Virus record (IMG/VR): IMGVR_UViG_3300037076_000477
Coordinates: 1 to 31,291 of that record
Source of the DNA: a virus
Lineage: Duplodnaviria > Caudoviricetes
Strand: one strand, 5' to 3'
Length of the DNA stretch: 31,291 nucleotides
A program made the position numbers and the translations under genes. Under the pieces are notes generated by a model, which saw nothing but the letters and a program-made list of their open reading frames with translations, had not been told where the DNA came from and made no database searches. This document shows positions 17,163 through 25,764 of this stretch, one piece after another. Numbering within the stretch: position 1 is the stretch's first letter; each line of letters begins with the position of its first letter.

Positions 17163-17819
17163 TTAATTAATTCTTAATCTTCTTTTTATTTCCTTCAGGA
17201 TGGCAATCTTATCTTCACCTTCTTTCTGTTTTAACTCTGACATCCATTTCAAATAGACCTTTCTTTCCAGAAGAAGCCGGTACTCCCCAATGATGATATA
17301 GATATCTGAAATGTTCTTTTGTTTTTCTAATTGGTCCACATCCGGATTGTCAGCTGACAGCAGAGATAGATCAAAGCCCAGATCCATCTCCTGGTCAATG
17401 TCTTTAAGCAGCAGTTTATTTATATCCATAAACTCTTTTAATCCATCCTGGGTGATCTTAGCATAGAGAGATGAATAGACTAAAACTAATTTTGCAGCTT
17501 CTTTTCTATTCTTACACTGGATAAAATTAGCCGGCAGCTTCTCCGGGATCTTAACTCCGCCTTCTTCCAGTTCCATCATTGCTTTTTTGCGGGACCGGCC
17601 ATCGAGTATCCAGATCTTTGAGTAAAGACCCGATCTCTGTTCCCAAACATTAAATGGTTGAATGAAATTGTTTACCTGGAGTGAGTTCTTTAGTTTTTCA
17701 AAGTTCTCTTCCGGAATATCTTTTAAGTTTTCAATCTGTAACCACTCTAAGTCCCGCCATTTAACCGGTCTCTGAGCTATTATCTTATTCACAATCTGCT
17801 TTGGATTTTGCTTTTTCAT
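17163..17819 (-). CDS. ParB/Srx-like N-terminal domain protein
   Basis: KLKNSL...FIQPFNVW...ILDGRSR. Confidence 0.65.
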   Translation of the reverse strand: MKKQNPKQIVNKIIAQRPVKWRDLEWLQIENLKDIPEENFEKLKNSLQVNNFIQPFNVWEQRSGLYSKIWILDGRSRKKAMMELEEGGVKIPEKLPANFIQCKNRKEAAKLVLVYSSLYAKITQDGLKEFMDINKLLLKDIDQEMDLGFDLSLLSADNPDVDQLEKQKNISDIYIIIGEYRLLLERKVYLKWMSELKQKEGEDKIAILKEIKRRLRIN

Positions 17820-17881
17820 GTTACCTTGAAATTAAAAAGAATAGAATTCATGTTATTTTCGCAAAAAAGTCGAAAGAGTTT

Positions 17882-17924
17882 GGGCTCGAACCGCACCCAT
17901 TTAAACATACTCCGGGAAGGACCC
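17882..17924 (-). other. Candidate cos site (cosQ plus cosN-like)
   Basis: Minus strand GGGTCCT (identical to lambda cosQ) followed by TCCCGG, then GC-rich GGGTGCGGTTCGAGCCC 19 nt after cosQ. Intergenic and upstream of a lambda-type terminase. Confidence 0.55.
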
Positions 17925-17954
17925 ATTGCCCGTCCCACTATGAGACAGTACTGA

Positions 17955-18581
17955 CTATACTCTTGACAGTTCATGCGCTAACCTTTCATCATATACATTG
18001 TAGAATACATCAGTCATTTCCTTTATTACCATACTGTTGCCTGACTTAGGATCGATAAGTTTGGTAATGTCAACACCAAACATTTCTTTGATCCCTGAAC
18101 CTTTCTCATTAGATTTACGAATGAATACTCCGACATGTCCACTCTTCATAGTCTGGACGAAGGATCCTCTTGATCCATCATTACTCCGATAGACTACTCT
18201 CTTACCTACTTCAACTTCTGCCTTGACACCCCACTTACCGTTCCCTCCAGTCTTTGGGTTCTTCTTCAATCTACCTGACTTAGTATATAATGCAGGTCTA
18301 CCTGCATGACCCATCTGGGTGGCATTGAACTTGTATAAAGCGATATCACCTTTAGTTATCTTGATTGTAACTACTGGGTAGTTCTTATCTGCTTTACGTA
18401 CGATCTTAAACCTTAAGTCAAGATCTTGTTTTCTTATCTTGTACCGCTCTCTGATCAGTGCACTGGCTGCAGTAATGGCAGATGAAGCGGCTCTATTCAT
18501 TGCACTAACACTTGCATTATCAATCTGTTTACCCAGATCTACAAATATCGATTTGTAACCATCCCGGATATTGTTAGACAT
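17955..18581 (-). CDS. Minor tail/tail-completion protein Z-like
   Basis: Basic 208 aa with AMNRAA...IRERYKI and FVQTMKSGHVGVFIRK...IKEMFG. Confidence 0.65.
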   Translation of the reverse strand: MSNNIRDGYKSIFVDLGKQIDNASVSAMNRAASSAITAASALIRERYKIRKQDLDLRFKIVRKADKNYPVVTIKITKGDIALYKFNATQMGHAGRPALYTKSGRLKKNPKTGGNGKWGVKAEVEVGKRVVYRSNDGSRGSFVQTMKSGHVGVFIRKSNEKGSGIKEMFGVDITKLIDPKSGNSMVIKEMTDVFYNVYDERLAHELSRV

Positions 18582-18582
18582 T

Positions 18583-18813
18583 TTAGTATCTCATATAATT
18601 GGTTGACTTTCTCTGATCACGATTCTTAGGACAAGTATCAAAGTGTTTCTGCATTGATAGTGCTTCATAAGGAATGATTAAACCCATCGCTAAAGACCTC
18701 CTCTCTTCGATATTTAAGTATGATTTATTGACCGGAATATTCTTTCCTTCTTTATTTCTTATGAATACTATCTCCGCTTTACATTCCCTGCAGTATGTGT
18801 AGTACTGTTTCAT
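18583..18813 (-). CDS. Small zinc-binding hypothetical protein
   Basis: CRECKAEIVF...GKNIPVN...HFDTCP. Confidence 0.7.
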   Translation of the reverse strand: MKQYYTYCRECKAEIVFIRNKEGKNIPVNKSYLNIEERRSLAMGLIIPYEALSMQKHFDTCPKNRDQRKSTNYMRY

Positions 18814-18830
18814 AGTGGCTTTCCTTTATA

Positions 18831-19034
18831 TTACTTCCTAAACTTCTTTGCAATCGGGCATGTCGAGAAATGTGTAATATGCCGTGTTGAATCATATAGC
18901 CTTTCCATTCCATTAAGCAGATCTTCTCTCTCTGGAGCTTTCAATGATTCTACATTGATCGGGATAAACTTTCCTTTGGATGTCTTCAGAAAGAAGATCT
19001 CCTGGCCGCATTCACAAGTCTTGTTTCTACTCAC
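18831..19034 (-). CDS. Small zinc-binding hypothetical protein (paralog of neighbour)
   Basis: CECGQEIFF...GKFIPIN...HFSTCP. Confidence 0.7.
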   Translation of the reverse strand: MSRNKTCECGQEIFFLKTSKGKFIPINVESLKAPEREDLLNGMERLYDSTRHITHFSTCPIAKKFRK

Positions 19035-20085
19035 CTATTGCCTCACTCAATTCCTGTTCAAATTCTTTTTTCTTTCGTTTGTATTCCTCTGAGTCTTTGT
19101 CAATTACTGGAATCTTTTTGATAGGCTCTGCAGTGGGTTCATCAAGATATTTATTCTTTCCGCCGGTAATATCGTTAAATGTACCCTTCCACTTGTTAGG
19201 GTTGGTATTACTGGCCATTACCTGTATTTCCTCTTTTTTCTTCAAAGCTTCATCTTTTTCTTTCTTGGTGGCTATATCGCGCTTCATACCCTCAATCGTT
19301 TTGAGCACATAGGCAACAGTGCATTTATCCTGCCTGGTTGCCTGTGCAAAGGCATCCCGGGCAATTCTAAGGTTTTCTGCATTGGTTCTATCCGATTGAT
19401 CCATAACAATCGTTTTCTTGATATCATCCACCAGGGAGAAATGGGGAGTCTTTGAAAAGTAGGTTATGAAAAGCTTTCCGATTTCTGAATCCAGATCCGG
19501 GATTTCTTTCTCAACAGATCCGGGAGGAGCAGGGACCGGTTTCTTTTCTTCTTCTACTGCTACATTAGGTTTGCTATAGGCTATAATAGGTAATGGCTGA
19601 TCATTTTGAGCAATGGATTGATCATTTTGAGCGGCCGGCCGTTCATTTTGATCAGGTAACTCATTTACCTGATCATTTTGAGCGGCTAATTCTTCATCAA
19701 AAAGGCTATTTTGATCATGTGACAAAGTTGGCTGATCATTTTGATCAGGTAATTTATCACCCTCTTCTTTAAGATAATTGATGAATTTTTTACCCATTGT
19801 ATACCATTTTGTAAGATCATTAGCTCTTCTATTGAAGTTACCTGATTCTATCCACCCTTCCTTTTCAAGGTCCACCATCCATCTTCTGATAGAACTTGCA
19901 TTGAGATACGGATAAACTTCTTGTAGAGCGGAACTACTATCATACATCCAGTAATTCCCATCTCTGTAATTTTTCATATTCTGTTGATTATATTCTACAA
20001 AGAATTGAATTCTACCTAAGAGTAGTGATTTTTCGATACCTACTTTACATGCTAATTTCTTTTCGAAAGAATGGTGACTATTCAT
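19027..20085 (-). CDS. Phage replication initiator (replisome organiser)
   Basis: N-terminal winged-helix type domain (DGNYWMYDS...YPYL...IRR...GNFNR...TKWYT) and central QNDQ repeats encoded by DNA iterons. Confidence 0.8.
   Translation of the reverse strand: MNSHHSFEKKLACKVGIEKSLLLGRIQFFVEYNQQNMKNYRDGNYWMYDSSSALQEVYPYLNASSIRRWMVDLEKEGWIESGNFNRRANDLTKWYTMGKKFINYLKEEGDKLPDQNDQPTLSHDQNSLFDEELAAQNDQVNELPDQNERPAAQNDQSIAQNDQPLPIIAYSKPNVAVEEEKKPVPAPPGSVEKEIPDLDSEIGKLFITYFSKTPHFSLVDDIKKTIVMDQSDRTNAENLRIARDAFAQATRQDKCTVAYVLKTIEGMKRDIATKKEKDEALKKKEEIQVMASNTNPNKWKGTFNDITGGKNKYLDEPTAEPIKKIPVIDKDSEEYKRKKKEFEQELSEAIGE
19598..19746. repeat. Iteron array, probable phage replication origin
   Basis: TGATCATTTTGA(G/T)C-type copies at 19598, 19619, 19640 (variant), 19670 and 19733, plus a partial copy near 19708, inside the initiator gene. 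Confidence 0.75.
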
Positions 20086-20090
20086 AATTC

Positions 20091-20858
20091 CTAACTTGAT
20101 TCGTTAATTGCAATTGATTCATCCACTGTATTATCAGCAGCGAGTGCTACTTTATCAGCAGCTTCTTTCTCTTTCAACTTTTCAGCCTCTTCCTTCTGAT
20201 TTTCGATCTCACGGTCTCTTAATTCCCTCATATAGCCTAAGAAAGAAGCATGGCAGATAGTTTGTAATTCATGGTGGAATATTGTGTCTGTAGTAGACAG
20301 CATTTCAGCAAAGAAGGATGTCATTCTTGCAGCAATGGCATCACAGACACTTCTATCCTTCATCCCTGGAGTGGATATAACCTTTGGTTGCATCAAAAGA
20401 GATCTTGCCCAGGTAAATACATCAATATCCGGATGATCTTCTTTCATGAAGCCTTCTTTGAGGTTTAGAATGAAAGAATCAACAGCAACCCGATCTATCA
20501 GGATGTTATATATGATTTGTTGACTGTCAAATCGATAATTACATTCAAATTCAAGTGACCTGGTAAGCAGCGGGAATATCTTTCCTTTAGAAGTTATCAG
20601 CAGCGGGAATATTGATTTCCTCTTTATTTCATTTATAATCTCAAGAACTCCATACTGTCTCAGAGATATTATCTTATTTGTCTCCGGATCTATCTTCTCT
20701 TTGGTCCCATAAAAAGCTTTTTGAAGCTCATAAACTTTATCTTCAATGTTTGAAAGTGTTAAATTCTGTTCAAGTCCCTGTTTTGATATAGCAAGTGTTA
20801 CAGGAGTGAATATAAAATTCAGTAATAATCTTAGTTTTTTTATGATCCAATTTTTCAT
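20091..20858 (-). CDS. Hypothetical protein
   Basis: 255-aa ORF in the early operon. Confidence 0.7.
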   Translation of the reverse strand: MKNWIIKKLRLLLNFIFTPVTLAISKQGLEQNLTLSNIEDKVYELQKAFYGTKEKIDPETNKIISLRQYGVLEIINEIKRKSIFPLLITSKGKIFPLLTRSLEFECNYRFDSQQIIYNILIDRVAVDSFILNLKEGFMKEDHPDIDVFTWARSLLMQPKVISTPGMKDRSVCDAIAARMTSFFAEMLSTTDTIFHHELQTICHASFLGYMRELRDREIENQKEEAEKLKEKEAADKVALAADNTVDESIAINESS

Positions 20859-20872
20859 TTAATGTTTCCTTT

Positions 20873-21151
20873 TTATTTAATTTCTAGATATTCTGGATGG
20901 TTTAATAGATAATCCCTATCTGCCCTCAACAACATCATAAATGATTGACATTCTGCATATATTCTTTGACCGTGAAAATCAGTTCTTGATTTATAAACTT
21001 CCATTGTGTCAATGTATTTGTCACACATTGTATCAATCTGGTTTATTCTTGCAAAGTCATACTGTTTAGGAGAGCATCCTTCGTTTAACAATATTCCTAG
21101 ACATAGCAATAATGCCAATAGCAATGGGAATAGAATTATTTTAGCATTCAT
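20873..21151 (-). CDS. Hypothetical membrane protein or lipoprotein
   Basis: Hydrophobic N-terminus followed by EGC|S. Confidence 0.6.
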   Translation of the reverse strand: MNAKIILFPLLLALLLCLGILLNEGCSPKQYDFARINQIDTMCDKYIDTMEVYKSRTDFHGQRIYAECQSFMMLLRADRDYLLNHPEYLEIK

Positions 21152-21169
21152 TTATTGTTTCCTTTTTAT

Positions 21170-21358
21170 TTAATCAGCAAAATGATTTATAATATCAGAA
21201 CCATTATAGGTCCTGATCTTTTTAAGTTTAATAAGTTTCTTTTCTACCAGGTGATCTAAAATCTTTCCTGCAGCTTCTTCAGTTATTATCTTACCTTCTT
21301 TTGTCTCCAGGTTCTTATCCAGTATCTCCTGAAATTCTTTGATAATTCTAATAGCCAT
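21170..21358 (-). CDS. Hypothetical protein
   Basis: 62 aa, coupled to the upstream gene. Confidence 0.55.
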   Translation of the reverse strand: MAIRIIKEFQEILDKNLETKEGKIITEEAAGKILDHLVEKKLIKLKKIRTYNGSDIINHFAD

Positions 21359-22107
21359 TATTCATCATCCTTTACAGGTCCTTCAAGTTTACAATATTGT
21401 TTAACTACTTTAGGAATTGGAAAATATTTGCCGGTTTCTTTTATATTGGTTAACCAGGCATAAACCTGCAGCTTCTGTTTCTCTGTCCAGCTACTTACTA
21501 TATCATGGGATGGAGTTTCATCAAAGTATTTCTCACAAAGAACGAGTTTTACAATTATTCTGTCTTCAATAGGGACTTTCTTGAGTTCCAGTTCCATCTG
21601 AGCTTTATCTTTTTCTTCCTCAGTTTCAGCCTTAGCTGGCTCCTCAGGGAATAATTCTTCCTGAGCCCGATCTCCATTCAAGTATTTTTCAGCTTCAGTT
21701 ATAAGAGTCTCTAAAGCATCGGCACAATCTTCATCCATTAAAGTCTTAGGGTCTCCCATGTCACCCGGATAATCTGTATTCTTATGAGGAGTATTTAGGA
21801 CCAATGGAGAGTTGGAATGCATTAGCTTCAATATCCCGGATATTACAGCTCCCAGGATATCATCATCACCTGAATAGGTTAAAGTGGCTCCTTTTACGTG
21901 TGATCTTTCAATAATTTCTTTATCAATAGGAATCTCACAGATAAGTAAAAGATGTCTCCTTAAATCCATAAAGGCCTGGATAAATGAAGGAAGTGGATTC
22001 TCGGGACATACCAGGGAAAGGATATCATATTTGTTATCAGCTTTCTTTACCCGGTAATGCAGCTCGATGCCGGTATTTGTTCTTTTGATTTTAGTAAACT
22101 GTACCAT
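21358..22107 (-). CDS. Hypothetical acidic phage protein
   Basis: 249-aa ORF in the early operon. Confidence 0.7.
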   Translation of the reverse strand: MVQFTKIKRTNTGIELHYRVKKADNKYDILSLVCPENPLPSFIQAFMDLRRHLLLICEIPIDKEIIERSHVKGATLTYSGDDDILGAVISGILKLMHSNSPLVLNTPHKNTDYPGDMGDPKTLMDEDCADALETLITEAEKYLNGDRAQEELFPEEPAKAETEEEKDKAQMELELKKVPIEDRIIVKLVLCEKYFDETPSHDIVSSWTEKQKLQVYAWLTNIKETGKYFPIPKVVKQYCKLEGPVKDDE

Positions 22108-22112
22108 GACTA

Positions 22113-22724
22113 TTAACTTCCTTTTAGTGAAAATTCTTTCTTTGCTCTCTCCCAGGCATCATTGATTAAATAGATATAGCCTGAATCATCACCCAGATCG
22201 GGATGATGTTTCTTTGATAATTGTTTCCATGATGCTTCAGCTTCTTCATAAGTGCAGTTCTCTGATAATTCAAGGATCTGCCACCATGCACCATTAGAAG
22301 GACCGGCATTCTCAGCAATAGCAGTGAATCCGGTAAAAGCGCGTTCAAGAAAATCAGAAACTCCATCCCTATCTATTTGCCTTAAAGAGTTAATTGTCCT
22401 TACTATTGCATGTATGTTATCTTGAACTCTCCTGTATTTATCACAGGCCAATACAACATTTTTATCTTTTCTCTTGAAATAGACTGCAACTCCTGGATCA
22501 CCTGGGTTAAATCCGGATCTTGGTCCACCGGCAAGCTTCTGTGGAATATTTGTACTGAGTATGGGATTCTTCGCTCCTAACAAATTAAGTTCGTTCTCCA
22601 GGTTGTCAGCTGCTAAGGCAATCGTCAGATCCCGTGCAAATCTTGAATCTTTCCTGTATTGAGTTCGTTTATATCCCTCCGGCCAGGTTAATGGGCAGGA
22701 AGCAATTGATTCCTGCCTATTCAT
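22113..22724 (-). CDS. Phage protein with C-terminal DnaJ (J) domain
   Basis: PLTWPEG...DPGVAVYF...ACDKY N-terminal domain, then WWQIL...KKHHPDLG...INDAW (HPD motif). Confidence 0.85.
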   Translation of the reverse strand: MNRQESIASCPLTWPEGYKRTQYRKDSRFARDLTIALAADNLENELNLLGAKNPILSTNIPQKLAGGPRSGFNPGDPGVAVYFKRKDKNVVLACDKYRRVQDNIHAIVRTINSLRQIDRDGVSDFLERAFTGFTAIAENAGPSNGAWWQILELSENCTYEEAEASWKQLSKKHHPDLGDDSGYIYLINDAWERAKKEFSLKGS

Positions 22725-24790
22725 TTCTTCACCGCTTTCTTCTTCCCGGAGACTTTCTTCTCTTTAGCCGGTTTATCAGCAGAATAAGCTTTTAATAATT
22801 TTTCTATGGCCTTATCAATTGTCTCCCTGCATCCACCAATATTATCTTTTATATTTTCCACGGGTACAAGAGGTAAATCATCCAAAGAAAATCCATCTAT
22901 GTGGAATTTATCTTTTGCAGTTACTTTTCTGAAACAGATCTGAGCATTACCAAAATTTATGTTATATATTAAATCATGATTGCTAAACCCTACTTCAGGA
23001 TGTTTGGCAATAAGATTTGAAAGATTTATTGCATTCTCACGTTTGCAATAGAGATCATCCCCCAGAGAAAACATGCATTTATTCCGGATATCGGATTCTT
23101 TCTTTCCCAGGTCCGGATCATAGCCGTTATTTTTGAAGAATCCTTTCTTTGTTTTTGCACGTTTGGCATCATATTCAACAGCTACTTCTTTTTTGATTTT
23201 ATCAACATCAATAAGCTTTTTAAGATTATTAAGAAGGATGGTAGTGTTTTCATCTTTCAGGATGCCTTCAATATTCAATCTGGCCTCTGAGAATATGATA
23301 ATTAACCACTGTATCCTTTTAAGGAGATTGATTTCAGTGGTATGGTCAGATACAAAATCAAGGAAGCCAAGTTCAGCATCATCAAGATGATAATCCTGAA
23401 ATTCATAATCATATAATTCCTGAACCTTTTCCATGCTCTGCATCTTTTCATATTTAGTAAGATCTATCTGCAGCACTTCCTTGACTAAATAATCCCTTCT
23501 TGATGATTCCAGCATCATAAAACCACGCATACAGGTTTTAATCAGCAATTCTATATCATTTATAAATATTTCATCATCTTTAACCAGGTTAACGCAGGAT
23601 TGTTTTATGACCTCCATGCACTCAGGTTGACTGATAATCTCAATTCTTCTTTTGTATCTTTCATCCGGGGTAGGTTTATTGCCTCCTGAAGAAGAGGAAT
23701 AATAAGGATGATGAACCTTGCAGCTCTTATCAGTACAGATATCGATTATCTTTCCAGTTTCAGTGCCGTCACAAATAATAGCTTTTTTACTACAATCACA
23801 TTTACTACCAGTCGCTTTTTCATAGTTGTTTTCATAGAGGAGTTCTTTATTATTTCCGGAATAATTTTCACTGACTTTCACCAATTCGATATTATTATCC
23901 TTATATGACTTAATTATATTATTGGCATGTGTAGAAAGCTTTTTCTTGAAGCATTCAGGATCGGTACAGAAATCCTTTTTATCTAATTCCGGGAAGAGAT
24001 ACTTATTATAACCGGTTCTCTTTGAACAATCCGTACAAGCTCCTGCAGCTGGCACCAGGTTAGCATCATCTTTCTTGAAACTGACTTTATGGAGATCCAT
24101 CATTATATTACCTTCAATCCATTGTCTTAATCTTGAAGGTGACTGAATATTATCGTTTGATAAATTACCCCTGTAATCTTTCAATTCATCGAGGGTTTTC
24201 TTTTGGTCTGTGGGTTGAAGCCTGGCAAGTAATATTGCATGACCAAGAATTATAGTGTCTTCATAGAAGAGTTTTTTAATTGGAGCAATAAGATCAAGTA
24301 GTTTTAATCTTTGATAAATATAGAAATCAGATTTACCAAACTTTTGAACCAGAGATTGGATATCATATTTGTTGTTTTTAATTAAGGACTGATACCCATT
24401 TGCTTCATCAAGGGGATGAACATCAGATCTATGGAGATTTTCAATTATCTGGATCTCGAGTACTTCCTGATCGGTTAGCAGCTTTATTACACAAGGCATC
24501 AGCTTTAATTCAGCAACAATAGCAGAACGATATCTTTTACCTCCAACAACTAATTCATAATGCTTCTTTCCTAGCTTTTTCTCTCTGACAGTAACAGGAC
24601 TGATTATTCCAACCTGTTTAATAGAAGAAGCAATTTCATCAACTTCTACCTGGTTAAAATTAGTTCTTGGATTAGATGGTGATGGATAAATATCATCCAT
24701 TGAGATAAGTTTATATTCTCCTTCATCAATTACTCTCGTGACTTCCCCTTTCTTTCCGGTTTTGCTTTTAGTAACCCTTTCTTTCTTCAT
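22721..24790 (-). CDS. ParB/RepB/Spo0J family protein
   Basis: PSPSNPR, SIKQVGIISPVTVR, YELVVGGKRYR and IIENLHRSD, followed by an HTH and Cys clusters. Confidence 0.88.
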   Translation of the reverse strand: MKKERVTKSKTGKKGEVTRVIDEGEYKLISMDDIYPSPSNPRTNFNQVEVDEIASSIKQVGIISPVTVREKKLGKKHYELVVGGKRYRSAIVAELKLMPCVIKLLTDQEVLEIQIIENLHRSDVHPLDEANGYQSLIKNNKYDIQSLVQKFGKSDFYIYQRLKLLDLIAPIKKLFYEDTIILGHAILLARLQPTDQKKTLDELKDYRGNLSNDNIQSPSRLRQWIEGNIMMDLHKVSFKKDDANLVPAAGACTDCSKRTGYNKYLFPELDKKDFCTDPECFKKKLSTHANNIIKSYKDNNIELVKVSENYSGNNKELLYENNYEKATGSKCDCSKKAIICDGTETGKIIDICTDKSCKVHHPYYSSSSGGNKPTPDERYKRRIEIISQPECMEVIKQSCVNLVKDDEIFINDIELLIKTCMRGFMMLESSRRDYLVKEVLQIDLTKYEKMQSMEKVQELYDYEFQDYHLDDAELGFLDFVSDHTTEINLLKRIQWLIIIFSEARLNIEGILKDENTTILLNNLKKLIDVDKIKKEVAVEYDAKRAKTKKGFFKNNGYDPDLGKKESDIRNKCMFSLGDDLYCKRENAINLSNLIAKHPEVGFSNHDLIYNINFGNAQICFRKVTAKDKFHIDGFSLDDLPLVPVENIKDNIGGCRETIDKAIEKLLKAYSADKPAKEKKVSGKKKAVKK

Positions 24791-24821
24791 TGAATCCTCA
24801 TTAAATTGTTTAGAAAACTAG

Positions 24822-24894
24822 TAGCGGAGGCAGGACTTGAACCTACAACCTCCGGGTTATGAGCCCAGCGAGCTGCCATTTGCTCTACTCCGCG
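24822..24894 (-). tRNA. tRNA-Met (CAT), initiator type
   Basis: Sequence CGCGGAGTAGAGCAAATGGCAGCTCGCTGGGCTCATAACCCGGAGGTTGTAGGTTCAAGTCCTGCCTCCGCTA. C1:U72 mismatch, A11:U24, and three G:C pairs in the anticodon stem. CCA not encoded (CTA follows). Confidence 0.93.
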
Positions 24895-24895
24895 T

Positions 24896-25150
24896 TTATG
24901 CATGTACTGGCTCCACTGTACCAGGTTTATTGTCATCAACTTGGTCTTTTAATAGTTTATGGATCTTCTTTCCTTTGAGACTTATTCCATTTAAGTCAGC
25001 TCTCGAGAGAATAGCATCAAGTGTATCTGCAGCATCTGCCAGATTCAGCAGTGCACGTTTCCAATTAGTTTGATTGATTGCCTTGGATAATTCTGTTGCA
25101 TTATCCCGGACGGCCCTGAGTTCTGTTCTATTTAGCTCAAAGGATGTCAT
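24896..25150 (-). CDS. Hypothetical protein
   Basis: 84 aa, coupled to the upstream gene. Ends 1 nt before the tRNA. Confidence 0.6.
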   Translation of the reverse strand: MTSFELNRTELRAVRDNATELSKAINQTNWKRALLNLADAADTLDAILSRADLNGISLKGKKIHKLLKDQVDDNKPGTVEPVHA

Positions 25151-25542
25151 TAGTTTTGTCTGTTAAGAATTATATTCATACCTGAGGTTGATTCTTTTAA
25201 CGGTTCTACCCAATGAACTTTAGTAACTGAATTAATATAATCCCGGTATATCTTTCTTCTTTTTGCATCATCCAATAACCCGGCATTGATCGGGAATTCA
25301 ATTGAGGATATCTTATATAGGCTAGACTTCAGATCCTCATTTTCCATTACCAGGTTATTCTTCTTATTAAGTAACACATTCCACTTTTCCAGCATAACCC
25401 TGATCTTCTTTTCAAGATCCTGATTTTCTTTGAACAGCTTATTATTATTCTGCAGTGAGCCTTTAAGATAACCTGCCTTATAAACTAAATTCATTCCTAG
25501 GGCAAGTAAAGAAGTGACGAAGATAATTCCCATGGTAAACAT
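25150..25542 (-). CDS. Hypothetical membrane-anchored coiled-coil protein
   Basis: N-terminal TM segment plus a heptad-like region. Confidence 0.6.
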   Translation of the reverse strand: MFTMGIIFVTSLLALGMNLVYKAGYLKGSLQNNNKLFKENQDLEKKIRVMLEKWNVLLNKKNNLVMENEDLKSSLYKISSIEFPINAGLLDDAKRRKIYRDYINSVTKVHWVEPLKESTSGMNIILNRQN

Positions 25543-25543
25543 A

Positions 25544-25675
25544 TTATTCCTCTTCAGTATTGGTTAATGAATCATAAATCTTTTTAGTAGTAATCTCTTT
25601 TGCTTTGTGGTAAGTAATTAAATTGGAGAAGAGTAGAAGTCCAAATACTCCCAGGATATATAGTAAGTTTTCCAT
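25544..25675 (-). CDS. Small membrane protein (43 aa), not in ORF track
   Basis: Reads MENLLYILGVFGLLLFSNLITYHKAKEITTKKIYDSLTNTEEE*. GGAG upstream, and it fills the gap up to the next start. Confidence 0.55.
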   Translation of the reverse strand: MENLLYILGVFGLLLFSNLITYHKAKEITTKKIYDSLTNTEEE

Positions 25676-25764
25676 AATGACTCCGTTTGTTTGCAGATTA
25701 AGAAACTTTTAATATTTACCAATCAATAAAATTAAAAACAGAACACCAGAGGACAGTAACCAGA

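Noticed and set aside
19598-19746. Repeats as a CRISPR array
   Set aside because: Units are about 14 bp with short irregular spacers, in frame within a gene, and no cas genes are present.
20566-20612. Short duplication AGCAGCGGGAATAT (IFPLL twice)
   Set aside because: Two-copy intragenic micro-duplication with no evidence of function.
24822-24894. tRNA as the prophage attachment site
   Set aside because: It is internal to the early operon, over 5 kb from the integrase, and I saw no duplicated 3' fragment.
3255-25764. A third VR
   Set aside because: I saw no further copy of the TR constant segments by eye. A BLASTN of the TR against the full genome is needed to exclude more targets.
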